Positions 21,497-32,282 of a stretch of DNA of 64,000 bases are shown here, in pieces. The stretch lies in assembly GCA_025558095.1 (NCBI GenBank), contig JAIVFI010000035.1, positions 487,500 to 551,499 on the forward strand. The letters are read 5' to 3'. Position numbers and translations under genes: made by a program. The stretch comes from Hyaloraphidium curvatum SAG 235-1. Taxonomy: Eukaryota > Fungi > Monoblepharomycota. The notes beneath the pieces were generated by a model, which was given only the letters and a program-made list of their open reading frames with translations, ran no database searches and was not told the origin of the DNA. Within the stretch, counting starts at the first letter, position 1. Every line of letters begins with the position of its first letter.

Positions 21497-23811
21497 CTAC
21501 TGCAGAGCTTTGCTCCAGTTTCTCCCCGCCCTGTCAGCCTCGGTCATCAGCTCCGCGTACGTCCGCCCCGGACTGCCCGGATCCGCAGGCGAGGGGAAGA
21601 TTCCCGACTGGGCCACCTCCTCCGTGGCCGCGTCCACCTCTTCCTCCTGGACAACAAGCGGCGCGGCCGCGGAGATGCCTGCGGCCACCAGGGTGCGCCG
21701 GAAGTTGTCAGCCACGCGGCGCACTGACAGGAAGCTGTCAGGACCCGTGGGGCGCAAGTAAGCGGAAGCGGCCGGCACACACTCATGACGCCATATTGTC
21801 TCCCAACGACCTCCAGGTACCGCAAAATGACCCTCAGGTCGTCCACATACGGACTGGTGTCCGTCTCGGCGGCGCTTGGGGAAGCCCGCGGCACCGTGAT
21901 CGCGGCCAGGTTCATCCCAGCGACCCTGAGCGTCGGCATCACGTTTCCGAAATGGGTGTACCTGCCCTCCGGCTCGGCCTTGAGCTGGCTGGAGACGAGG
22001 CCAACGTACGCGATGCCGCCCTCGAGCATGGGCAGGAACTCTGGCGAGCGGAGGAGCGAGGCACCGGCGTCCTGGACGGAGCCGTCGCGGAGGAAGAAAT
22101 GCTCGAGCGTGTAGCTCCGCCTTGCGGCGAGGCAGTAGACGGTATGGAAGGCGTGGCCTTCGAGCGAGAACCAGGAGCGCCAGGAGGAGAGGAAAGAGAC
22201 GGCATCGCCTTGCCAGAGAGCGGCACCGTACGGAGCGGGAACGGCGGAGTAGGCAGCGAAGACCATGCCGTCAAAGAGCTTGCTCTGCGCGATGAAGGCC
22301 AGCTCCGCAATCGTGAGCTCCGAGATCGGGCGACCTATTGTTGCCAGGGGATTCAACTCGTGCTGCACAACATGCTGCTTGATTAGGTGGCGCCGGCGCC
22401 TGAAGAAAATGTTCAGATACCACAACACGTTCACTGAAGCCCGCCGCGAGAAGACGGGCCCAACGAGCTGACGGACGAGGCGAGAGCCGGTGTCGAAGTC
22501 CGGGGACCGGCAAAAGGGAGCAAAGTCCACCCATGCCCACTGCGGTGTTGGCATTGGAGATAGGAAGAGGGCACAGAAGACTTCTTCGGGGTCCGGGTTG
22601 TCATAGTACGATTCGTGACAGGGGAGCGGGAAGGGCCGGGGCGGGTAGAAGTCCAGAAGTGGCTAGCGATCCGCAAAGTACGAGAAAGATCTGGAGGAAT
22701 GTGAGGACACGGTCGATTGGTCGGAACCGCGGCGCGGGACCCACACGTCATAGGAAGCCACCGCCATCCACGCGCAAAGCACCGACTCCGCTCGTATCAA
22801 ATCCGCTGCGCTCTGCGGGACCACGCACGGTTGCAGGCCGTCGACGTCCAAAATCCGAAGCCTCCCGACAAGCCCCGCGGCTTCGCGCAGCATGGCACCC
22901 GTCGTCGCCCCCACGATGCCCGTGCGGATGAACACCTGAATCAACATGAAGAGGGTCTGGAGGGCTTCGATGTCGCAGATGGGACGGTGCGACGGGTCGG
23001 CGCCAAAGTGCCCGGCCAAAAGCAGGTCGCGGAATTCTCGCAGTACGCCCGGGCGAGCCTGGCCTTGTCCATCTCCGAGAGACCGAGCACCGACGTCCTA
23101 ACTCCGACCGCGGCCATGGCAAAGAGAAGGGCCAGCGGCGGGTTCGGCCCGTACAGCGGAGACGCGCTGTTGGGTGCGAAAGCGGCCTCGAAGGTAGCGC
23201 GGTGGATGATGGGATACAGCTTGTGGTAGTCCGACCAGAAATGAGAGAGGCATGCGAACACCAAGGAGTCTGCCAAGCTCGTCAGCGGGTGGAATTTCGA
23301 GGACGCGTTCGGGCCCACCTGGTTCCACGGCCGTCGAGGTGCAGGAGGGAAAGGCAATGGCCCGGGACGGCAATCGGTGGTCCGCTGAAGCCAGAGGCAG
23401 GCCAAGAAAGACCGGCGGTGTCGATGTGCCGGCAATTGGAACGCCGAATCCCGGCAAAGGAGGCGGCGACCAAGACGTCGGGAGCGACGGCAGTTGCAAC
23501 GGCCGCGGGAAGACGTGGGTTTCGCCTGCGACATCTAACGGCACCGCTTCGAGGGTGCCCCCTTTCTTGAGCGTCACCAACGTCTTCCGGGTCACCGACT
23601 GGTCCCGCTCCTTGCAGGGCCGGCCGGACTTGGTGCAGCGGTCGCAGCCCGCCGGGGGCGGCGCCGAGAACGAGCACCTCTTCTTGTCCAAAAAACAGCG
23701 GAAGCTTTTTGGGCGAGGTCATCGAATGGCAGGCCTGTGGGCGGGGGAAGGAACGCACCAGCTTCCGCGGGGGTCCGCTCCCGGAAGGGACAATCCGACC
23801 GGGGAGGCCAT
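21497..23811 (-). pseudogene. Zn2Cys6 transcription factor, paralog C, probable pseudogene
   Basis: Spliced cluster RGSC|FRCFLDKKRCSFSAPPPAGCDRCTKSGRPC and FWSDYHKLYPIIHRATF. There is a frameshift at ~23030 (..CENS/RDLLLAGHF versus LERARDLLLAGYF in paralog A) and an in-frame TAG at 22663-22665. Confidence 0.7.
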
Positions 23812-24430
23812 GTCCCACGCTGCCATCGCACCGGTTACACGTAGGATCGGCCAAGGCATGTGGGGCAGTGGCGGAGGGCGGCCCCGAAAGCGCGGGGGCG
23901 GGGCCAGAGGAGGAGTCAGGAAGGGGATAGGCAGGGACCGGGGCACCGGGGCAACGACGTCATCCGGACAACCCTCACGATCGAATACCAAAATGCGTCC
24001 TGCAACATCTTGATGGCATCGTTTGAACTTGCTGCTTGTCCGGACCGTGCCAGGTCGAAGGAGCTTAGGAAGGCTAGAGCGCTCCCCAATATTGGCGACG
24101 GCATGATGGAGGGAAGAGGGTCGTCGACAGAAGCGTTGACCGGAAAGTGAAAGGACAAGGGGTGTTCGGCACGATCGAGTACCCAGGACGTTCGCTGAAC
24201 TTGCTCCACCCTGTCAGCCTCGGTCATCAGCCCCGAGTACTTCCTCCCCGGGTTGCGGGGTCCGCGCTTCGCCTAGCTATGTAGGGCCGCGAGTTGCAGC
24301 CGCCTCTGGAATCGCACACAAAAGCGGATGTCGGTGCAGAGCACGACGGAGGGGTGTCGTGTATCTTGCCCTCGCAACGGGCCGCTCGACCGACACAGAC
24401 AAGGAGGACTACCGAGGCGGTCCCCGAAAA

Positions 24431-26295
24431 CTAGCCCGCCGGCACGGCCTCGTGCTCCCCCTTTGCCCACGTGCTCATCTTGTGCTCCGTCTCGTGCAGT
24501 GCCAGCACCGCCCTCCCCCCGCCCGCGGCCCCCCTCGGCACCGCCTCGTACCTCCCAAGCCTGGCCCTGGCCATCAGCCCGGGCGCCTCGTGCATCGGAG
24601 AATCCACGGGGACCAACCGCGGCACCAGGGCGCCCAGTCGCGCCGCATCGGCGCGGAAATTGGCCGCCACGGCCCCCAGGTCGCCGCCCCACGCGGCCGC
24701 CAGCAGGTCCAGGTACCCCGCCACCGCCGCCACGTCCTCCCTGAGCGCGGACAGGTCGGCCCCCGCGGGTGCCAGCGCGGCGTGCACGGCCAGGTGCACG
24801 GCGCCGGCCTTGAGCGCCGGGAGGATGGAGAGGAAGTGCGCGCACTCGCCGCGGGGATCGAGCAGGGCCAGGGTGCGGTACACCGAGGAGAGGGCGACGG
24901 CGGTTTCGAGCACGGGGAGGAACTCGGGGGCCGAGGACGGGTCGAACCCGCCGCCCGCGCCGGGGGAGGCGGGGAGGTGGTGCTCGAAGGAGATGGCGCG
25001 GGCAGACATGAGGTTCTGCGCGAGCATGTGCGCGTCGGCCTCGGAGGAAAAATAACGAGGCCAGAAGCGGAACAGGGGGCCGACGTCGCCGGCGAGAAAG
25101 GCGGGGCCGATGGCGGGCGGCATGGAGAGGTAAGCCTCCTCGTGCAGCGAGGCGAAGCGGGCGACGGCCGTTGCGTAGGCAAGCTCGTCCGCGGTGCGCT
25201 GCCCGGGGGGGCGGTGGATCATGTCCAGGGTGTCGATGCCGGCCGCGACGGCAAAGGTGCGCATGCGGACCCTCATGCGGCGGGAAAGGGCCTGGATGAA
25301 GAAGGACAAGCAGGCCGATGCCTGGCCGCTGAAGATGGGCGCGATCAGGGAGCGCACCAGGGGGAACATGGCGTCGTCCCAGACGTCCGGTCCGGATGGG
25401 AGTACGCGGAAGTCGGCCTGGGCGGGGGCCAGGGTGGAGAACCGCGCGAATCCCGCCTGCGGATCGGGGTCGTTGAAGAGGACGTCGGAAGACGGCAAGC
25501 GCACCAGCAGCGGCGGAAAGCAGTCGATGCGCGGGGGCCGGTCCGAGTAGTAGGAACCCCCGGTCTCCATGTTGACGAGGCCCAACCAGACCCTCATGAA
25601 GGATTCCTGCCGGATCCACGAGTCGGCGTCTGTCGGGTAGGGTGCGGCCAGCTCGCGCGGGCAGCACCATTCGCCGAGCCGGATCACGAGCGTCAGAAAG
25701 CTGCCGGCTCGCAGAAGAGCGCAAGGGGCCGCAGGCCGCCGTACAGGGGCGACGGCCTGCCTGCGATCGCGGCCTCGAAGGTCGGCCGATGGAGCACCGG
25801 CACGAGGCGGTTGTAGGTCGTCCAGAAGAGGGCGGCACAGCGGTCGACGATGCCGGGGAGCGCGGCCGACACGGGCGAGGCGGCGAGGGGCGGCGACACG
25901 GGCGTCGGCGGGGCGGCGGGCTGCTGCAGCCACGCGGGGGGGCCGAACGAGCCGAAGGGGCCGAAGGGGCCCGGCGCCACGTCAGCGGCCGCGAAGGGGG
26001 TCCAAAGCGCGGCGGGCGGCGGGGCGGCCGACGGCGGGAAGGCAAACGCGCCCGGCGGCGGCGGCAATGCCTGCACGCCCGGCGGCGTCGCCGGAGACCC
26101 ACCCGACGAGCTGCCACCCGCCGCGGGCGCCCGCCCGGCCCGCTTGAGCGCGATCAGCTCGCGCCGCGGCAGCGTCCCATCGGGGGCAACGCAGGGGCGG
26201 CCCGCCTTCACGCACCGGGCGCACCCGCCCGGCTGCCACTGGCAACGCTTTTTGTCTATCAAACAATTTGAGCACGCCCGCCGCGTCAGGGACAT
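24431..26295 (-). pseudogene. Zn2Cys6 transcription factor, paralog B, inverted duplicate of A with an internal deletion and frameshift
   Basis: RACSNCLIDKKRCQWQPGGCARCVKAGRPC. At 25709-25710, two nucleotides replace the 222 nt found in A (19735-19956), shifting the frame. Confidence 0.8.
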
Positions 26296-26576
26296 CGCGG
26301 CGGGGAAACTGGGGGACAGAGCGGCCGTCCAAGGTGTAAATCCGCCCCAACTCCTTTGAAGTTTCCTTTCGGAACCTGAATCCCATTCTTCAATTCCCCG
26401 TCATAGGACCTTGAATGTGAAGCGCAATAGCATTGCCGACTTGATTCTTTTGTTGGTCGATCTGGAGCCGTCTGAGGGGGCACCTAGGAGTCTGAAATGC
26501 TCAACGGCGGTATCTGGTACATCTGATCCTGCATCCCCATCCCCACGCCGCTCCGCAACGCCTACGAGGCCGCATC

Positions 26577-29576
26577 CTACATCACGAGCCACCTCCTCGG
26601 CCACGCCGCCGCGTCCTCCCTCCCCGCCTTGACCAAGAACCCGACCAGGAACTCCACGTCCGGCCTGAACATCCGCCGCAGCTCCCTCTCGACCTCCCCG
26701 GGCACCGCCGTCGCGTTGTTTCCGGCGTTGATCCGCCGCCCGAGCAGCTCCTCCGGCCCGCGGTCCACCTCTGCGCCGCCCTCCCCCGAGACAAGGAACC
26801 TGACCACCCCGTGCAGCACCTCGCCAGGCTTCCCCTCAACGTCGTCGAAAAAGGCCACGTGCATCCGCGAAGGGTACGGGAACACCGCGTGCCAGTTCTC
26901 CACGATGGCCCTGTACCGCGACCGCGCCTCGATCCCCTTCCACGCCCGCGCCAGCTCCCCCGCCCTCCCCTCCGTGGCCTCCCCGCGCACGATCCGCATC
27001 CACGCCGCCGGATCGTCCGGGGGCAGAACCTCCCGCGTCTCGGCGGGGGAGAGGCCGAGCACCCGCGAGGCCTCGTGCAGGAGCGACGACGCGGCGCGGG
27101 ATGCGGGTTCCCTCAGCATGAGCACCACCTTGCCGCCCGTGCCGCCGTTGGAAAGCCGCATCGCCCTTGCTGCGTGCGCGATCCCCTCGGGTGGCAAGAC
27201 CGAGTACGCGGGGGTGGCTTCCCCCGCCAGCGCGCCTCTCGGTGCGGGGTCGAAGAGGGACGAGTACCACTGGTCGTCGCGGGTGCCGTTGGGCGGGAAG
27301 GCGTACGCGGCGGCCCATTCCATCGCCCAGTCCGGCGCGCCCGACGCCAGGCTTCCCGCTGCGGCGCGGAAATGCCCCCTCCTCCACGCCTCCAGCTTCT
27401 CCTTCGCCGCCGGGTCGTGCGCGCCGTCGAAGTAGTGCAGCTCCTTGACCGGCGGAACCCAGAACCGCGGGTCGGCGCGGAGGTTCTCGGCCAGCCAGGT
27501 GGTCCCGGCCTTTTGCGCGCCGACGACCAGGAAGTCGGGGAACCGGTCGAGCCGCGTGGGCACCCTGCGTGCCGGCACCCCGACCTCCCCCGGCCCGTCG
27601 GGCGCCAGCGCCGCCAGCGCCTTGGCCGTCTCCAGCCCCCCGCTGTTCCCCTCCGCCGCGCGCAGCCACCGGTCGCGGATCACGCGCCGCCACTTGTCGT
27701 GCGCCTCCGAGGGGGTGTTTGGGTGCGGCTCGCCGGGGTGCGAACGGCGGTGCAGGTTGGCCAAGGCGAGGGGGAGCACAGAGATGCGGTAGCGCGAGAG
27801 GAAGCGCACGTTGAATTCCCTGCCAATCCGCGGGCGGGTCAGCAAAAGGCTGGGCGGGATCGGATCGTCGGAGGGGACGCACCAGTCCCCCAGAACGGGC
27901 AGCGAACCATCGAACCCCCCGACCGCCTCCCACGCCGACAGGGAAAACACGAACGAGATCGGTGGGAACCTGTTCCAAACCATCACCTCGGCCAGCGCCG
28001 CCCTCTCCAGCGCAAAGAACGGCTCCGTCCTTTCCGCCACGATCGATGCGCCCTCGGTGTGCTCGTGAACCTGCACCGTCCGCGAGACGCAGCCCTGCAC
28101 CTCGGCCCCCGCGGTGCGCGACTCCCGGCCGAGCACGGCGAGGCAGGCGGCGTAGAACGCGGGCTCCAGGGTGTCGTCCACGTCGTGCACGTGCACGAAA
28201 TGCCGCCGCCCGTCCCTGCCGCGGGAAAGGAAGGCGGGGGAGGAGCGGACGGCGGCGTTGGCGGAGCCTTCCATCGCGGTCGCGCGGTCCGGGTAGGGGA
28301 GGACCAGGTGGCGCCCCGCGAAGGAGGCGTGGTACCGGGCGATGGCGAGGGACATGGCGTCCACCCCCGCGCGCAGGTCGGCGGGGGCCGGGGGGTCGCT
28401 TCCGGGGGGAAAGGGGTCGGGGGTGACCACGGCGACGAGGAACCAGTCGCTGAAGGTCTGGTGGAGCACCGATCGGAGCGCGCGGTCGGCAAACACGGGG
28501 ATCCGCGAGGGGGTGGTCCGCAGGACGATGGTGACCGCGGGGTGCCAGCCCTGCTGCGGGGGGAGCGCGGAGGGGGCGGGGTAGGTGAGTGCGGGGAGGA
28601 GGAGGACGGATGGGCGGGGTGGAGTGGGGTGCGCGGCGAGGAGGCGCAGGGAGCGGTAGAGGGCGGCGACGGCGTCGTGCGCCGTGGGTGGAGCAGAGTC
28701 CGCTGAATGATGCCGGTGCTCGGGTCGGAGAATGCGGGCCATGCACGTGCGGAGGGTCGCAATCCGGTGCGGGGCCGCGTCGGGGTCGAGGATGCCGGCG
28801 AGCTGCCGCAGCGAGGGCGAGTCGGGCCCGCCTGTACCACCCAGCTCCGAGAGCAGCATGTCGTAGTCCACGAGTGCCCCCACCCTCCCCTTTGTCTCCA
28901 CCACCGCGCTCCGCACGTGGTGGGCAAACATCCTCCTCCCAAACTCGAGGGACCGGTTGTCCCTCGCGTGCAGGGACCTCGCCACCGAGTCCGGGTCCCT
29001 GATCACCAGCAGCGGCACCAGCGCGATCGGCACCCCGTGCTTCCCCTCGAGGTTCGCGACGGCGGCCTGCCAGAGGGGCAGCAGCAGCGCCGTCCGCGGG
29101 TCCTTGACCAGCCACGCCGCGGGCTTCCCGGGGGGGATGGCTCCCGGGGTGGCGAGCCCCAGCTCCTCCTCCATCGCGGCCTCCAGCTCCCCCCGCGCCT
29201 CGATGGCCTCGGGAAGCCCCTCCCACCCCCGGGGAAGCGGCGCCGTGCCCCTGTCCTCGAGATGCCACTCCCGCCGCAGCGCGACCAGCAGCCTCTCCTG
29301 CGCCGCGACGACGCGCCTGTGCTCGAACCAGCCCTCGGGCTCGTCTTCGCGCACGCGAAAGTCGAACACGGCTTCCGAACGGTTGGCGGCGCGGGTCAGC
29401 GGCAGCCCCAGGCATGCCGAGACGGCGTGCGCGAGGCCCGAGGTGCCGGAGCGGTGCGCGCCCAGAACGGCAAACACCGCCGCCCGCGGGCCGCCGACGG
29501 GGGGGCCGCGCGCGCCCGAGAGGAACAGTGCCGCGGCGCAGAGCGCGAGGACGAGATGGCGCTGCAGGGGCGGCAT
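26577..29576 (-). CDS. Sulfotransferase - GT2 glycosyltransferase - sulfotransferase fusion with N-terminal signal/anchor
   Basis: ST1 has VLGAHRSGTS, LVKDPR and IRDPDSVARSL. GT2 has RALRSVLHQTFSDW, HDVDD and VGGFDGSLPVLGDW. ST2 has PDFLVVGAQKAGTTWL, KELHYFD, GEATPAY and LREPASRAAS. One in-frame intron at about 27820-27880. Confidence 0.88.
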   Translation of the reverse strand: MPPLQRHLVLALCAAALFLSGARGPPVGGPRAAVFAVLGAHRSGTSGLAHAVSACLGLPLTRAANRSEAVFDFRVREDEPEGWFEHRRVVAAQERLLVALRREWHLEDRGTAPLPRGWEGLPEAIEARGELEAAMEEELGLATPGAIPPGKPAAWLVKDPRTALLLPLWQAAVANLEGKHGVPIALVPLLVIRDPDSVARSLHARDNRSLEFGRRMFAHHVRSAVVETKGRVGALVDYDMLLSELGGTGGPDSPSLRQLAGILDPDAAPHRIATLRTCMARILRPEHRHHSADSAPPTAHDAVAALYRSLRLLAAHPTPPRPSVLLLPALTYPAPSALPPQQGWHPAVTIVLRTTPSRIPVFADRALRSVLHQTFSDWFLVAVVTPDPFPPGSDPPAPADLRAGVDAMSLAIARYHASFAGRHLVLPYPDRATAMEGSANAAVRSSPAFLSRGRDGRRHFVHVHDVDDTLEPAFYAACLAVLGRESRTAGAEVQGCVSRTVQVHEHTEGASIVAERTEPFFALERAALAEVMVWNRFPPISFVFSLSAWEAVGGFDGSLPVLGDWCVPSDDPIPPSLLLTRPRIGREFNVRFLSRYRISVLPLALANLHRRSHPGEPHPNTPSEAHDKWRRVIRDRWLRAAEGNSGGLETAKALAALAPDGPGEVGVPARRVPTRLDRFPDFLVVGAQKAGTTWLAENLRADPRFWVPPVKELHYFDGAHDPAAKEKLEAWRRGHFRAAAGSLASGAPDWAMEWAAAYAFPPNGTRDDQWYSSLFDPAPRGALAGEATPAYSVLPPEGIAHAARAMRLSNGGTGGKVVLMLREPASRAASSLLHEASRVLGLSPAETREVLPPDDPAAWMRIVRGEATEGRAGELARAWKGIEARSRYRAIVENWHAVFPYPSRMHVAFFDDVEGKPGEVLHGVVRFLVSGEGGAEVDRGPEELLGRRINAGNNATAVPGEVERELRRMFRPDVEFLVGFLVKAGREDAAAWPRRWLVM

Positions 29577-29748
29577 CGCGGGGACAGGGGACGGGGATGG
29601 GGATGCGGCTGGGGTGACGCAGTGGCATGCCAGGATCCCTCGATCCCTCCGGCAGGGCATCGCCATCCGGAAAGGACGAGCACCGGGCCACGGAGAGACG
29701 GCGGCGCCCAGCAATCGGAGCTACGGTCCATCCATGTCCTTTTCGGCC

Positions 29749-30572
29749 TCACAGCAGCGCCCACGCCGCCGCCGCGCCGAGCAGCGCCCACCCTGAACTC
29801 ACCGCACCAGCCGAGGAAGGCCGCGCGGTGGTCGTCAGCGAGTCGACCACTGTCCCGAGGGGTGTCAGAAGGCCGGGACGGGAAAGAGGGGGCGGAGAGG
29901 GAGACCCACGGGTGACCTTGGGCGCCTCCGCGCCGTCCCACGCCGCCGTCAGGCCGGCGGTGCAGTTCTGGAAGGTCGGGAAGTACACTTCCCCCGGACA
30001 AACGCGTCAGCTCCTTTCCCGTTTGCGGGCGGGCGGGGGGGGGAGGGTACCCACGGGTGTTGTTGGCCGCAGCGGTCGGCAGCCGCACCTGCAGCCCGAA
30101 ATCGTCGTACTGCGTGTCCGGCAGCTCGTCTCCGGCTGTGATGGCGGTCCACGTGACCGTGTCGATCTGCACCCCACCACATCGGTCAGCGACTGCCAGG
30201 CGGGGAAGGGAAGAGGCCCACGGTGGTGTTGACGGTGTTCCCGTCCGCGTCCGTCACCGGCGGCACCAGCGGCCGGAGGGTGGTGCTCACGGCCCAGCCG
30301 GGCGTGCGGCGGGGCTTGACGCTGGTCACGTTGAACGGGATCACCGCCGTCACGGCGACTTGGAAGGCCGGGTGAGTCTGACCGGAGCGGGGGGGGGCAG
30401 CCGGCGGCCACCCACGCGTGTTCTGCCCCTCGCAGCCGTGCGGCACCCGCAGCGCAAAGGCAAGGTAGCTCCCCTTGACGCCGATGTTTGGGCTCGCGGA
30501 GACGTGCGCGCGCGCGGGGGCTGCGCCGGCGAGGAGGGCGAGGGCGAGGAGGAGCAGCGCGGGCGCGCGCAT
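29749..30572 (-). CDS. YcnI (DUF1775) copper-binding protein, single domain, signal peptide and GPI-like tail
   Basis: MRAPALLLLALALLAGAAPARA-HVSASPN..LRVPHGCEG..VTSVKPRRTPGW..VTWTA..LPDTQYDDF..VYFPTFQNC..W, ending PSSAGAVSSGWALLGAAAAWALL. Confidence 0.88.
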
Positions 30573-32282
30573 CGCGGTGCCGGGGGAGGGGACGGCGCTG
30601 GAAGGGGAGCTGCGGCGGGAGGTCTCAGCGTGCCGGCGCGACCGGGCGGCGGGGCGGCGCGGGGCCGCGGGGGGCCGCGGGGCGGGCGGGCTCCGTCGGG
30701 GGCGAAGAAAACGGCCCTGCGTGCGCCGCGCGTCCGCCGCGCCGTCGTTTTCCCCTCCAGCGACCGGCAGCGCCGCAGCCTCCGGCGCCGCGCGGGATTC
30801 CACGCACCTCGCCCTCTGCCCGTGTGGGGGGTTGGCCGGCTACCCAGCCGCCGCCGGTGTCGGAGGCCAGGGACCCGAGGCCGGAACCACCGACGCGTGG
30901 GCGCGGCGAACGGGGAGGACAGCCGGGGGGTTCTCACTGCCGGAAGGGCGATGGGTTCCGATGGTGCTCAGAGGAGGGTGGGGGGCGGGGATGCCGTGCC
31001 GGAGGGCGCCAGCCCCAGGCCGCGGCAGGCTGGCAGGCGCTATCGGCGCTGTCCCAACAGCGGCGTCCGGTGTGTCGACGCGGGAACGCTCGCAGGCAAA
31101 TGGTGCCCGTGATCCGCCGGATGGCCGGCGCGCGTCCCCGGAAGGGCCGACCATACCGGCACCGCCATGCCAGCCTTGTGGCGACGCCGGGCGCGATCCG
31201 GGACGGCGGGCAGCCATCCCTCGCCGCGTAGCGGGACCGAGGTAGCAGCACGGCAGCGCGAGCAAAGCCACCAGCCCCTCGGCCAGGGACCCGTCGCCGC
31301 GCGCCCGGCGGCCCCGCGCCAAGCATGCGGCATTTCCGCCCCCAACGTTCCGCCGCCGTCCCCCCGCCGCCGTCCGGCGCCGGGTTCGTCGCTGCCGTAC
31401 GTGCGGGAACCTGAAGCCCTCAAAAAACGGCCGGGCGGCTCTGCTGTGGCCGGTTCGGGTGCGGTCTGGACCGGGTCGGCAACCTAGCCGCTCCGAAACA
31501 GAGGGGCACGGGCGGGCGGAGGCGCCCGGGACGCCGCGCGGACGTCGACCGGGGCAGCGGATTAGGTCCGACGAAAGATTTGGGGCGGCTCGGGAGGCCC
31601 ATCGGCGTGGTTTTGTGGAGCACCGCCCTCGCAGCCTCCTCCCAACCACCGACACCCCCTCCCCGGCTGGCACAAACCCGTCCGATCCGGCCCCTCAACC
31701 GCGCCCTTCCGCCCCACCGGCCGCGTCCCGCCCGTCCTTTCTGCCCTCCGTGCATCCTCCATCCCCGATCCTCCTTCCCACCCCGGCAGGCGGCGCCCGG
31801 ACCTCCCCACCAGCCCGACGAGCGCTTTTCGCTCACCTCCGTTCCCCCGCCGTCATCCCGCACCGGGACCCGCCGTCGCGACCGGCCGGCATCCCCGGAC
31901 GCGGAGCAGGCGCCCGATCGCGCGGATCTTGCACGGATGGGCGACAAGGGGCGAGTGAGGATGGCCGTGCGTGCGGCAGCTGCGCCCGCCAAGGGGCTGG
32001 GCCGACAGCGTTATCCCACCTCCGACGGCCGGCCGGCGCCAAACCGCCCGAACGCCGAACATTTGCCTACCATCACCCACAACGTTGCGAGCCCAGGTGG
32101 GTGCCCGGCCGGGCTCGGGTGTTCGGAGGGGCGGTCGGGGTGGCGGAGCGCGGCGCCGACGGTGCCCCGGGCCGCCGACTCGACTCGACGCGCCGGCGCC
32201 GCCCTCCCGCCGGCCGGCACCGTCCGCCGCCGCCGGCACGACGCTGACCGCAGCCCCCGCGGCCCCGCAGCCCCTCCGCACG

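Noticed and set aside
31259-31266. TTTGCTCG matching the yeast Mac1 copper-response element between the YcnI genes
   Set aside because: It is a single 8-mer, and the same word occurs at ~35800, so it cannot be distinguished from chance.
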